A stretch of DNA of 50,505 bases from a virus. Taxonomy: Duplodnaviria; Caudoviricetes. Made by a program: the position numbers and the translations under genes. Shown piece by piece: positions 9,273 through 17,278 of the stretch. Location of the stretch: positions 1 to 50,505 of the IMG/VR virus record IMGVR_UViG_3300017777_004495. The stretch is one strand, 5' to 3'. Every line of letters starts with the position of its first letter. Position 1 is the first letter of the stretch. The notes under the pieces are model-generated. The model made no database searches and was not told where the DNA came from. It saw only the letters and a program-made list of their open reading frames with translations.

Positions 9273-11102
9273 ATGCCGATTGCGGTAGATTCTGAGACGT
9301 TTTTAATTGAGCCAGGTCGGCTAGCTCCTCCGCTTGTCTGCATCTCGACAAGCTTGGGCGAATTGTGGCACGCCAATGCCCCCGATACGCGTGATAAATT
9401 AGCTGCGCTTCTGCGCTTCAGTGACGTCATCGTCGGGCACAACACCGCCTACGACATGGCCGTGTTCGCTGCTAAATGGCCAGAACTTTTGCCTAGCATC
9501 TTCGATGCGTATCAAGCAGACCGCATCACAGACACGATGTTGCGAGAGAAGCTGTCGCATATCGCGCTCGGCGTGCACCGAGGATACACCAATCCTGACG
9601 GGTCTTCAGTCAAGCACGGATATTCGCTGGCGGCAGTCGCCAAACGCAGACTGAACATCGACCTCGACAAAACAACTTGGCGGCAGGGGTACGCTTCGCT
9701 TGTCCATTTGCCGCTCGAAGCTTGGCCCGAAGGCGCTAGGCAATACTCGATTGACGACGCGGTTACCACATTCGACGTGTGGCGATCACAGGAAGCGGAT
9801 GCAGCGTTCTTAAGCGACCAGTACCGGCAGGCGCGCGCCGCGTGGTGGCTGCACCTCGCGAGTGCTTGGGGGCTCAAGACTGACCCGGCGAGAGTCCGAA
9901 GATTCAAAGCGCAAATTGAAGCAGACATTGCTGAAGTTCGCGCAATTTGCGTCTCGGCTGGCGTCGTAAGAAAAGACGGCTCGCGCAACACCAAGGCCGC
10001 TGCGAAGTTGATGCTGGATGCGGGCAGGGAAGCGGGCATTCAAGTACAGACGACGCCGAAAGGCGCGGTCAAGTTGGACAGGGGGTCGTGCGAAAAGTTC
10101 GACCATCCTGTACTGCTCGCGTACGCGAAACTCTCATCACTAGGCAAGCAGATTTCGACAGACTTGCCATTGCTAGAGGCAGGCGCGGCGAAACCAATCC
10201 AAACGCGGTTTAACACACTATTAGAAACGGGCAGAACATCGAGTAGCCCGAACATTCAAAATCTTCCGCGCAAGGGCGGTATGCGCGAATGCTTTATACC
10301 GCGCTCAGGCAACGTCTTTGCAGCAGCGGACTACGAACAGATGGAGCTTAGGACGGTAGCGCAAGTCTGCATTGCGCTCTTTGGGCAATCCAGACTAGCG
10401 CAGGCTTTGAATGACGGGATGGACCCGCATTTGGAAATGGCCGCTCGTATCTTGAACATCTCTTACGCCGATGCGATGCGGCGAAAGAAGGCCGGCGACG
10501 CTGACGTGGACGACGCCAGGCAAACAGCGAAGGTGGCGAACTTCGGGTTTCCTGGGGGTCTAGGGATTACTCGGTTCTGCGATTTCGCTAAGACCACCTA
10601 CGGCGTGGTCATATCAGAGCAAGACGCGCACAACCTCAAACGCTCGTGGCTCGCGTCTTGGCCCGAGTTCCAGCAGTACTTCAACTGGGTCGGAAATATC
10701 TGCGAACAGCAATTGAATCCAACGATAGAACAAATCTACGTGGGTCGATTCCGAGGGGGCGTGTCGTACACGGAGGCGTGCAATTCGATGTTCCAAGGGC
10801 TCGCTGCGGATGCTGCGAAGAACGCAGGTTTCCTAGTCGCTAGAGCTTGTTACGTCGAGACGAACTCACCGCTCTTCGGGAGTCGCATCGTCAATTTCGT
10901 GCACGACGAAATCATCATAGAGACGCCAGAGGAAAAGGCGCACGAGGCTGCGACGGAACTTGCCAAACTGATGGTAGATGGTGCTAGCGTGCTGCTGCCT
11001 GATGTCCCACCGAAAGCGGAACCGCTCTTGATGCGTCGGTGGAGCAAGCAGGCAAAGCCGATGTACGACGAACGAGGACGACTGATACCGTGGGACGGTT
11101 GA
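9273..11102 (+). CDS. polA: Family A DNA polymerase with 3'-5' exonuclease domain
   Basis: Exo motifs DSET, GHNTAYD and YSIDD. ETGRTSSSPNIQN, motif A DYEQMELR, motif B RQTAKVANFGFPGG, motif C VHDE. Confidence 0.95.
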   Translation: MPIAVDSETFLIEPGRLAPPLVCISTSLGELWHANAPDTRDKLAALLRFSDVIVGHNTAYDMAVFAAKWPELLPSIFDAYQADRITDTMLREKLSHIALGVHRGYTNPDGSSVKHGYSLAAVAKRRLNIDLDKTTWRQGYASLVHLPLEAWPEGARQYSIDDAVTTFDVWRSQEADAAFLSDQYRQARAAWWLHLASAWGLKTDPARVRRFKAQIEADIAEVRAICVSAGVVRKDGSRNTKAAAKLMLDAGREAGIQVQTTPKGAVKLDRGSCEKFDHPVLLAYAKLSSLGKQISTDLPLLEAGAAKPIQTRFNTLLETGRTSSSPNIQNLPRKGGMRECFIPRSGNVFAAADYEQMELRTVAQVCIALFGQSRLAQALNDGMDPHLEMAARILNISYADAMRRKKAGDADVDDARQTAKVANFGFPGGLGITRFCDFAKTTYGVVISEQDAHNLKRSWLASWPEFQQYFNWVGNICEQQLNPTIEQIYVGRFRGGVSYTEACNSMFQGLAADAAKNAGFLVARACYVETNSPLFGSRIVNFVHDEIIIETPEEKAHEAATELAKLMVDGASVLLPDVPPKAEPLLMRRWSKQAKPMYDERGRLIPWDG

Positions 11103-11581
11103 AATTATCGCAGTTTTTCTTGGTCATCGGTGAAGATACCGTGGTCGAAACGCATACTGATTTAGTGCACCTGTTGCGCCGAAGCAGATTTCTCGCGGAG
11201 ACACGCGGTAAAAACTACGACATCCGAAACGAAAACAACGTGATTCTCGCGGTCACCGTATCGTCGAAAAAGCCGAATGGTTGCGGGACAACAACTCGTG
11301 CAGCCAAGCACAATGCCGCAATCGCTTTAATGGAGCTTCGCGGCAAGCAGAATAAGACTAAATGCCCGTTGACAGATTTTGCTCACTTATGGCGAAAATC
11401 TTTTGATGAGGCGGTCGGCGTGTGGCGTTGCGAGGATTGCAGAGTTCTCGGTTACAGTTGTTCTCCAGGCCATATTGTTCCGCACCAGTGTTCGACTTGC
11501 AGTCAACAAGCTACTGCTATTCGTAAGCGGAAACGCGTGAAGCATCATCAATGGAGTTGCGAAGCGCATGTCCATCTTTGA
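11099..11581 (+). CDS. Cys-rich hypothetical protein (putative Zn finger); TTG start inferred
   Basis: TTGA overlap with the polA stop. CP..H..CEDC..CSTC..C..H cluster. Confidence 0.55.
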   Translation: MKLSQFFLVIGEDTVVETHTDLVHLLRRSRFLAETRGKNYDIRNENNVILAVTVSSKKPNGCGTTTRAAKHNAAIALMELRGKQNKTKCPLTDFAHLWRKSFDEAVGVWRCEDCRVLGYSCSPGHIVPHQCSTCSQQATAIRKRKRVKHHQWSCEAHVHL

Positions 11582-12035
11582 CAGGATAACCTGCATCGAC
11601 CCCGGCAAAATGTCGGGCTGGGCTCAATACACCGGCAAGAAATTGACCGCCTGCGGAATTTTCTCAGATTGGAAATACCCGCAAATCTGGCATAGCGGAC
11701 ACGAGCAGACGTTTGTGATGGAGGTTCCACGCATCTATCCTCATAGATCGAAAGGCGACCCGAACGACATCGTGGACCTCGCCCTTACCGCAGGCGAAAT
11801 CCGTGGGCATTTCCGAGCGGCAGGATGCCACATCATCGAGGCGTTCCCTCGAACGTGGAAAGGGCAGGTGCCCAAAGAAATCCATCACGCCCGCGTACTC
11901 AAGTTGCTAGACGAGAGCGAGCTTCGTCTGCTGGAAATCGAGGCGCGGAAGTTCTCGAAAACCAATCAGAACGGCTTCGATCACAACATGCTGGATGCCG
12001 TCGCGCTCGGTCTGTGGTTCCTTCAGCGAGCCTAG
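11568..12035 (+). CDS. RuvC-like Holliday junction resolvase
   Basis: CIDPGKMSGWA, VMEVP, PRTWKG and HNMLDAVALG give the RuvC acidic tetrad pattern. Confidence 0.85.
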   Translation: MSIFDRITCIDPGKMSGWAQYTGKKLTACGIFSDWKYPQIWHSGHEQTFVMEVPRIYPHRSKGDPNDIVDLALTAGEIRGHFRAAGCHIIEAFPRTWKGQVPKEIHHARVLKLLDESELRLLEIEARKFSKTNQNGFDHNMLDAVALGLWFLQRA

Positions 12036-12057
12036 TCTGCGCTGCGCGTCGTGCTAA

Positions 12058-12113
12058 CAGGTGCGACATACTTGACACACCTATCCGCTGCGCGTAGGGT
12101 GCGACCCATGGAA
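12058..12113 (+). promoter_or_regulatory. Promoter/operator cassette P2/O2 (copy 1 of a 56-bp repeat)
   Basis: TTGACA(12072)-N17-TAGGGT(12095)-N7-ATG(12108). Palindrome GGTGCGACA-TACT-TGACACACC at 12060-12081 overlaps the -35. Confidence 0.8.
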
Positions 12114-12356
12114 TCTGACGCAATCAAAGAACTGATTGAAGCTGCCGAACGGTATTACGACTCATCGGTAGATTTACACAGGGTAGAAAATAGATCGCGT
12201 GCGATAGATCGCGACGGCGGCGATTTGCACCAAATCGTGGACGCGCAGTGTCTCTTAGCTAGCCAAAAGGGCGAGACGCTTCGCGCCGCTGGCGCGTTGC
12301 TCCACGCTGTCGAGGCATATCGCGCTGGGTGGCTCTCGACCGTCTTGGGGGGCTAA
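12108..12356 (+). CDS. Hypothetical protein, probably on a leaderless mRNA
   Basis: ATG at the predicted +1 of P2, with no Shine-Dalgarno. Confidence 0.65.
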   Translation: MESDAIKELIEAAERYYDSSVDLHRVENRSRAIDRDGGDLHQIVDAQCLLASQKGETLRAAGALLHAVEAYRAGWLSTVLGG

Positions 12357-12357
12357 C

Positions 12358-12585
12358 GTGAGCCGTTTATCCAGACTCCAGTGGTGGCGTCGCGCGTCTG
12401 CGCCGGAAACGCGCGAGCATCTATTCGACGACGCTTATCCTACGCGATCAGTCTGCGTCCGAGTTGTGCGCCAAGCCTGGCAACGCTGGTTTATTGAGGA
12501 TTCACCGGACTACCAATGCCGCGATTGCGTGGCGCGCCGAAATGAAATTGAGGCAATCTTGTCGTTGCGCGAGGCGCGTCGGTGA
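12358..12585 (+). CDS. Small putative Zn-finger protein (H..C..CxxC)
   Basis: EHLF..SVC..CRDC; resembles 15548..15763. Confidence 0.6.
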   Translation: MSRLSRLQWWRRASAPETREHLFDDAYPTRSVCVRVVRQAWQRWFIEDSPDYQCRDCVARRNEIEAILSLREARR

Positions 12586-12830
12586 TCCCGCTTGGCGTAA
12601 GGCCATCGCGAATCCGCGATAGCGGCGACGGGCTGACCGAAGCCGAGCGTTGGCAGATCATTGCGCTGTCGCCTGTGCGCGGCGAATGCGCAAAACTTTT
12701 GGGCTGCGCCGACGAGACACTGGCCGAGTTGCTGTCGCCCTTCGGTCGCGTCAGACCCTCGACGCTAAGGAGAATACGCGCTAGACTTGCGGAGGTCAGC
12801 TTGTGCCAGACGACGATCACTACGCGATGA
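12582..12830 (+). CDS. Hypothetical protein, possible HTH
   Basis: ECAKLLGCADETLAELL..GRVRPSTLRRI. GTGA overlap. Confidence 0.55.
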   Translation: MIPLGVRPSRIRDSGDGLTEAERWQIIALSPVRGECAKLLGCADETLAELLSPFGRVRPSTLRRIRARLAEVSLCQTTITTR

Positions 12831-12994
12831 GTCAAGCAGAAGTCGCGGCAGTATTAGGCTGTTCGCGGCAACTTGTGGCCTACATCGAAGAGCGCGCACT
12901 GGCAAAACTGCGACGCTTGCTAATCATCGAACGCGAGGCCGAGGCTACTGCGCTGCGACCTCTCGACGGCGAAGCAAATCGAAAGCTAGGATGA
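12803..12994 (+). CDS. Stand-alone sigma70 region 4-like HTH protein
   Basis: MSQAEVAAVLGCSRQLVAYIEERALAKLR matches the region 4.2 consensus. GGAGG RBS. Confidence 0.75.
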   Translation: MPDDDHYAMSQAEVAAVLGCSRQLVAYIEERALAKLRRLLIIEREAEATALRPLDGEANRKLG

Positions 12995-13191
12995 CGGGCC
13001 AAAACAACCGGCGAACTCTGCTATCGGAGCGGTGGGAAGTCCGGTTCCACGGCGTCGAACTCCACCGCTACGCAACGCGGGACGAAGCGTACGTAAAGCG
13101 AGACTTTTTGGCCGCACTCGACAGTGCGACCGGCTACTCGGTCGTTTGCGTTCGGCGATTCCGCTGCACTCCTAGACGCCGTTCACGTTAG
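12991..13191 (+). CDS. Hypothetical protein
   Basis: ATGA overlap start (MTGQNNRR...). Confidence 0.5.
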   Translation: MTGQNNRRTLLSERWEVRFHGVELHRYATRDEAYVKRDFLAALDSATGYSVVCVRRFRCTPRRRSR

Positions 13192-13241
13192 CGCCGGATG
13201 TTCGCCCGTATGCGCTCGCTTGCACTCGCTTGCTGCGGTTT

Positions 13242-13297
13242 CAGGTGCGACATACTTGACACACCTATTCGCGGCGCGTATGGTGCGATCCATGGAA
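13242..13297 (+). promoter_or_regulatory. Promoter/operator cassette P3/O3 (copy 2 of the 56-bp repeat)
   Basis: 52/56 identical to 12058-12113. TTGACA(13256)-N17-TATGGT(13279)-N7-ATG(13292). Operator at 13244-13265. Confidence 0.8.
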
Positions 13298-13618
13298 CAA
13301 CCAATGACCGACACGTTCGTCAATCTCACCCCGCATCCAATCGACATCGTGGGACTCGCTGCCATCCCACCGTCCGGTGCTGTGGCCCGCTGCGCGGTTA
13401 CCAGCGTTCTGTTCGGCGGGCATGGTGGCGCGGTCCTAATCCGAGCGACGTACGGCGCGGTTGTTGGCCTGCCCGATCCGTTGCCCGGTGTGATGTACCT
13501 CGTCTCAGGACTCGTGCGCGCGGCTGTTCCTACGCGAGACGACGTAGCCAGTCCCGGCGATCTCGTCCGAGACTCTGATGGAAATATTACGGGGTGTAAA
13601 AACCTCGTTGTGAACTAA
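13292..13618 (+). CDS. Conserved phage hypothetical protein (NLTPH family)
   Basis: VNLTPHPI..IPPSG..AR..GLPDP..YLVS..RDD..PGDLVRDSDGNITGC pattern recognised from memory of phage proteins. Confidence 0.75.
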   Translation: MEQPMTDTFVNLTPHPIDIVGLAAIPPSGAVARCAVTSVLFGGHGGAVLIRATYGAVVGLPDPLPGVMYLVSGLVRAAVPTRDDVASPGDLVRDSDGNITGCKNLVVN

Positions 13619-13639
13619 AAACCGAGAACCGAGAACACC

Positions 13640-14242
13640 ATGACAACAGAATTAGCACTCTATCGTAAACAGGCAGGCGACATCGACTCGGAGCACCGAG
13701 ATATGTTGGCTACGTTATGTGAACTCGACACGTTCACCGTGTCGTGTGACGACGACGCAGCCTTCGCAGCGGACATGCTTCGAGAGGTAAAAGCCAAAGC
13801 CAAGGATTTGGACGAGCGGCGCAAATCGGTTACTCAACCGCTAAACGCCACCGTAAAGACAATCAACGGTTGGTTCAAACCTGCGCTTGACGCCCTTGAA
13901 GCTGCCGAAAAAAAGCTGAAGGCCCGCGTAGCCTTGTTCATGCTGGAAAGTTCTAGGAGAGCGCAGGAGGCGCTAGCCTTGGCTGCAACTGCCCCGACCG
14001 TCGAGGCTGCAACAGCGGCTCTTGCTGCTTCGATGCCGGCGGCAATGCCGCAAGGCGTGTCGATGCGTATGATTTGGCACTTCCGCATTGTCGATGAGTC
14101 TGCGGTGCCTGTGCGATTTTGCTCGCCGGACTCGGCGAAGATCGAAGCGGAGATGCGCGGCAGCGCGAAGGACAACGGAGAGCCTACGCCAATTTCGGGC
14201 GTGGAATTTTTTCAGGAAGCGAGTATGACTGTGCGCCGATGA
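13640..14242 (+). CDS. Coiled-coil phage protein of unknown function
   Basis: KAKDLDERRKSVTQPLN..INGWFKP coiled coil, and a C-terminal W.F.IVD...VP..F..PD...I..GVEF motif. Confidence 0.75.
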   Translation: MTTELALYRKQAGDIDSEHRDMLATLCELDTFTVSCDDDAAFAADMLREVKAKAKDLDERRKSVTQPLNATVKTINGWFKPALDALEAAEKKLKARVALFMLESSRRAQEALALAATAPTVEAATAALAASMPAAMPQGVSMRMIWHFRIVDESAVPVRFCSPDSAKIEAEMRGSAKDNGEPTPISGVEFFQEASMTVRR

Positions 14243-15333
14243 CCTACGAAATCTTCCAAGGCGATTGCCGAGAACTCCTTCGCGATTTGCCAGACGAGTG
14301 CATCGACGCCATCGTCACCGACCCGCCCTACGAACTTGGTTTTATGGGCAAACAGTGGGATTCTTCGGGAATCGCTTACAACGTAGCCATGTGGGCCGAG
14401 TGCCTGCGCGTGCTGAAGCCGGGCGGGCATCTTCTCGCTTTCGGCGGCACTCGGACCTACCACCGGATGACCTGCGCCATCGAAGACGCGGGCTTTGCGA
14501 TTCGCGATTCTCTGTCTTGGATTTATGGCAGCGGATTTCCGAAGTCGCAGAACGTAGAAAAGGCCGGTGCGGGCGAGGCATGGCACGGCTGGGGCACCGC
14601 TCTGAAGCCCGCTTTCGAGCCGGTGGTTGTGGCTAAGAAACCGATTGTCGGCACCGTCGCAGCGAATGTGTTGAAGCACGGTACCGGGGCGATGAACATC
14701 GACGGAACGCGCGTCGGCTACGCATCCGAAGCAGATTTCGCCAAGCTTGCTACGCAAGTGCAGGCAATCAAGGCTCGCGGTGGTTCGATGGAGAATAGCT
14801 GGAAGAACGCCAGTGATCTGTCCGGTGCCAACGACGCCAGCACCATCGGTCGCTGGCCACCGAACATCCTGCTTTCGCACACCGAAGACTGCGACGACGA
14901 GTGCGCCGAGGATTGCCCAGTTGCCGAAATGGATCGGCAAAGCGGCTCGTCCGTGTCGAAAAAAGGCAAACCTCGCGGCTCTGTTCATCCTGGTGACGGC
15001 TGGGGGATGACCAAAACAGGCGCGGAATACGACGATGCGGGCGGCGCTTCTCGCTTCTTCCCGTGCTTTCGGTACCACCCGAAGACTTCGCGAAAGGAGC
15101 GAGATGCGGTCGTGCGCAACGCGCATCCAACCGTGAAGCCCGTAGAACTAATGAAATGGCTTGTCCGACTCGTGACGCCGCCGAACGGCATCGTGCTTGA
15201 CCCGTTCACCGGCAGTGGCTCGACCGGCGTTGCGTGCATGCTGGAAGGTTTTAATTTCGTGGGTTTCGAGCAATCCGCAGAATACGTCGAGATTGCCGAA
15301 GCACGCATCGGCCACGCGGAGATGAACAAGTGA
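14239..15333 (+). CDS. DNA methyltransferase, beta class (N6-adenine or N4-cytosine)
   Basis: Catalytic TDPPY precedes HPTVKP and the SAM-binding LDPFTGSGST. ATGA-coupled start at 14239. Confidence 0.92.
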   Translation: MTYEIFQGDCRELLRDLPDECIDAIVTDPPYELGFMGKQWDSSGIAYNVAMWAECLRVLKPGGHLLAFGGTRTYHRMTCAIEDAGFAIRDSLSWIYGSGFPKSQNVEKAGAGEAWHGWGTALKPAFEPVVVAKKPIVGTVAANVLKHGTGAMNIDGTRVGYASEADFAKLATQVQAIKARGGSMENSWKNASDLSGANDASTIGRWPPNILLSHTEDCDDECAEDCPVAEMDRQSGSSVSKKGKPRGSVHPGDGWGMTKTGAEYDDAGGASRFFPCFRYHPKTSRKERDAVVRNAHPTVKPVELMKWLVRLVTPPNGIVLDPFTGSGSTGVACMLEGFNFVGFEQSAEYVEIAEARIGHAEMNK

Positions 15334-15551
15334 TCAAGATACACATCGACACAACCTCGCTACAGGCGCACAGACCCGCTATTGTCGTACTGGAAGACGA
15401 CAAGCAACCACCGTTGGCCCAGACGACAGCAGTGTCGATAACCTGCCCGGCATGCGGGACGAGCACCGCGTCGGTGGAGCAGCATCAAAACGTGGCGCAC
15501 GTCGTTGTGCCGATGCGAGCGAGCGTCAACGTGAACGGAGAACCAGTATGA
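15330..15551 (+). CDS. Hypothetical protein with CPACG
   Basis: GTGA and ATGA coupling. Confidence 0.55.
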   Translation: MIKIHIDTTSLQAHRPAIVVLEDDKQPPLAQTTAVSITCPACGTSTASVEQHQNVAHVVVPMRASVNVNGEPV

Positions 15552-15763
15552 GCCCACGCATTGAGCGGCTTCATTGGCGGCAGACACAGAACGAAGCGCA
15601 TCTATTTGAATCGCACACCCTCTCTGCTTGGAGCGTCTGCCATCGAAGTACGCGAGAAACGAGCGCAGCAACAGCAGACGACAACCGCACCAGATTGTTG
15701 TGCGCAAGTTGCCTGGGAACGCTCGAAACGCTCAAGCGATGGATGACGAAGAACGCCAAATAA
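15548..15763 (+). CDS. Small putative Zn-finger protein (H..C..CxxC)
   Basis: RLHW..EAHLF..SVC..CASC. GGAG RBS and ATGA start. Confidence 0.6.
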   Translation: MSPRIERLHWRQTQNEAHLFESHTLSAWSVCHRSTRETSAATADDNRTRLLCASCLGTLETLKRWMTKNAK

Positions 15764-15801
15764 AAAACCCGCTGAAGCGTCTTTGACAACACCGCAGCGG
15801 G
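15762..15801 (-). terminator. Intrinsic terminator of the late (minus-strand) transcript at the arm junction
   Basis: Minus strand CCCGCTG...CAGCGGG followed by TTTTTT. Confidence 0.7.
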
Positions 15802-15822
15802 CCCCGAACGAGAACAGAAAAC

Positions 15823-17277
15823 CTAAACCGTCGAACCTACTTTTTTAGCCATTTCATTGTATATCGAAACAAGGCTGCGCGTATAGTGCGATTCGTCTGC
15901 CGTATAGTACCTAGCCACTTTGAGCAGATGGCTGAATTGCGCAGCGTCGCCAGCCAGTACGGCAGGCCATGCGGAAGCGAAGCGTTTACGAAGCATGTCG
16001 AAATAATCGGCAGTGCCTTCGTCCAACGTGCGGAATGCGCGGAAACAACAGGCGGGATGCGACGGATAGAACCAGACCGTAGCGATGCCGTCTTTAATCG
16101 ACGTGATGACAGTATCGTTGCCCGGCCCACCGTCCCGACGCAGCCCGGCTTTCGCGACAAGTGCGTTCGCGTTAGCGACCGGCAGCATTTCGTTGCAGGC
16201 GAAGAACGTCCAGCTGCGCCCGTTGCTTCCTCCCGGTTTGCCCTTGGCGTTGCCGAGATTGTAGTTCCACATCGCCTTGCCGCGACCAGTCTCGAACGCC
16301 CATTGCGCGAGTAGGACGATTAGTGATTCGCGTTTCGGCTCGGTACCAAGCTGTGCGCGCCAAGCTTTGCCGAGTGCGGAGTAGACCTCTTCGGGTTTAG
16401 CCGGGGTTTTCTCTGCTTTCAAAAAAACGGTACCCTCCTCACCAGCAGGCTGCGTGTCAGGCACCCGTTCCTCCGCGCCGACAACTGGCGACACCGCAGC
16501 AGCAGCAGCAGCAGCAGCGGCAACAGATTTCGGCACACCAGGATGCCTCGACCATGCCAGAGGCAGGCCATCGTGCAGGACCAGCGGCGCGTATTCGAGT
16601 TCGGTGTAAAGGCGGGAAGTCGGAACTTCCACGCCATTGAGTACGCAAACGTCATCGACGAGGATTACGGTCTGCGAATAGTCGTCTTGGTCGTTGGCTT
16701 CGCCGAAACCGTGCGCGGTACCTCGCCGCTGGATGACCCGCCAGCCAGGGCCTTGCGAAACGCTTTCGGCGGTAGGAGTTCCGCGCCATTGTCCGTTGCG
16801 GCACAAGGAGATCGGAACAATAAAACCGTGATTGACCGCCACTTTTTCGCTACATGCGCGGTCAAGAACGAATTGTTTCCCTACGTTGGAAACCAACCAC
16901 GCTCCCGACCAGACGTCCGTGGATTTGGTAATTGCCACGTCAATGGCTTCGGAGGCCTCTTCAGGGCTCACGTTGGAAACGGTCCCGCCATGCTTGACCA
17001 GTGGTGCGACCATCGGTTCGAGAACAATCGTGGCTGCTCGATGGCGCGCTTCGAGAATTTTTGCCGTAGGCATCAACGCTCCGAGAGCGTCAGCAAGTTT
17101 CTGATAGGCGAACGCTCCTGCGGTTTCCCGCACTCGTTCGCCATCTCGGCGCACGCGAACGGCATCCGAGGATACCCGCAACACGGCGACGTGACCGTTG
17201 GCTTCCAGACGAAGGTCCGCCCAATCGTAAATGAGCGTGCCGTCTTTGTGCGCCTTGATCCAGTCGCGAGCTTTCAC
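15823..17277 (-). CDS. Endolysin: uncharacterised N-terminal domain, poly-Ala linker, C-terminal GH73 glucosaminidase-like domain
   Basis: LAQWAFETGRG..NYNLGNAKG..FRAF..DY..L..YYTAD..Y resembles the GH73/FlgJ pattern. Last gene of the late arm. Confidence 0.75.
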   Translation of the reverse strand: MKARDWIKAHKDGTLIYDWADLRLEANGHVAVLRVSSDAVRVRRDGERVRETAGAFAYQKLADALGALMPTAKILEARHRAATIVLEPMVAPLVKHGGTVSNVSPEEASEAIDVAITKSTDVWSGAWLVSNVGKQFVLDRACSEKVAVNHGFIVPISLCRNGQWRGTPTAESVSQGPGWRVIQRRGTAHGFGEANDQDDYSQTVILVDDVCVLNGVEVPTSRLYTELEYAPLVLHDGLPLAWSRHPGVPKSVAAAAAAAAAVSPVVGAEERVPDTQPAGEEGTVFLKAEKTPAKPEEVYSALGKAWRAQLGTEPKRESLIVLLAQWAFETGRGKAMWNYNLGNAKGKPGGSNGRSWTFFACNEMLPVANANALVAKAGLRRDGGPGNDTVITSIKDGIATVWFYPSHPACCFRAFRTLDEGTADYFDMLRKRFASAWPAVLAGDAAQFSHLLKVARYYTADESHYTRSLVSIYNEMAKKVGSTV

Positions 17278-17278
17278 G

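Noticed and set aside
9273-15763. Complete 2-aminoadenine (Z) genome pathway
   Set aside because: No PurZ (adenylosuccinate synthetase-like), HD dATPase or MazG-like gene was recognised. Only the polymerase motif is suggestive, and genes outside the window cannot be excluded.
15783-15812. TTGACA as a plus-strand promoter
   Set aside because: No -10 at 16-18 bp, it lies within the terminator hairpin, and it would point antisense into the endolysin.
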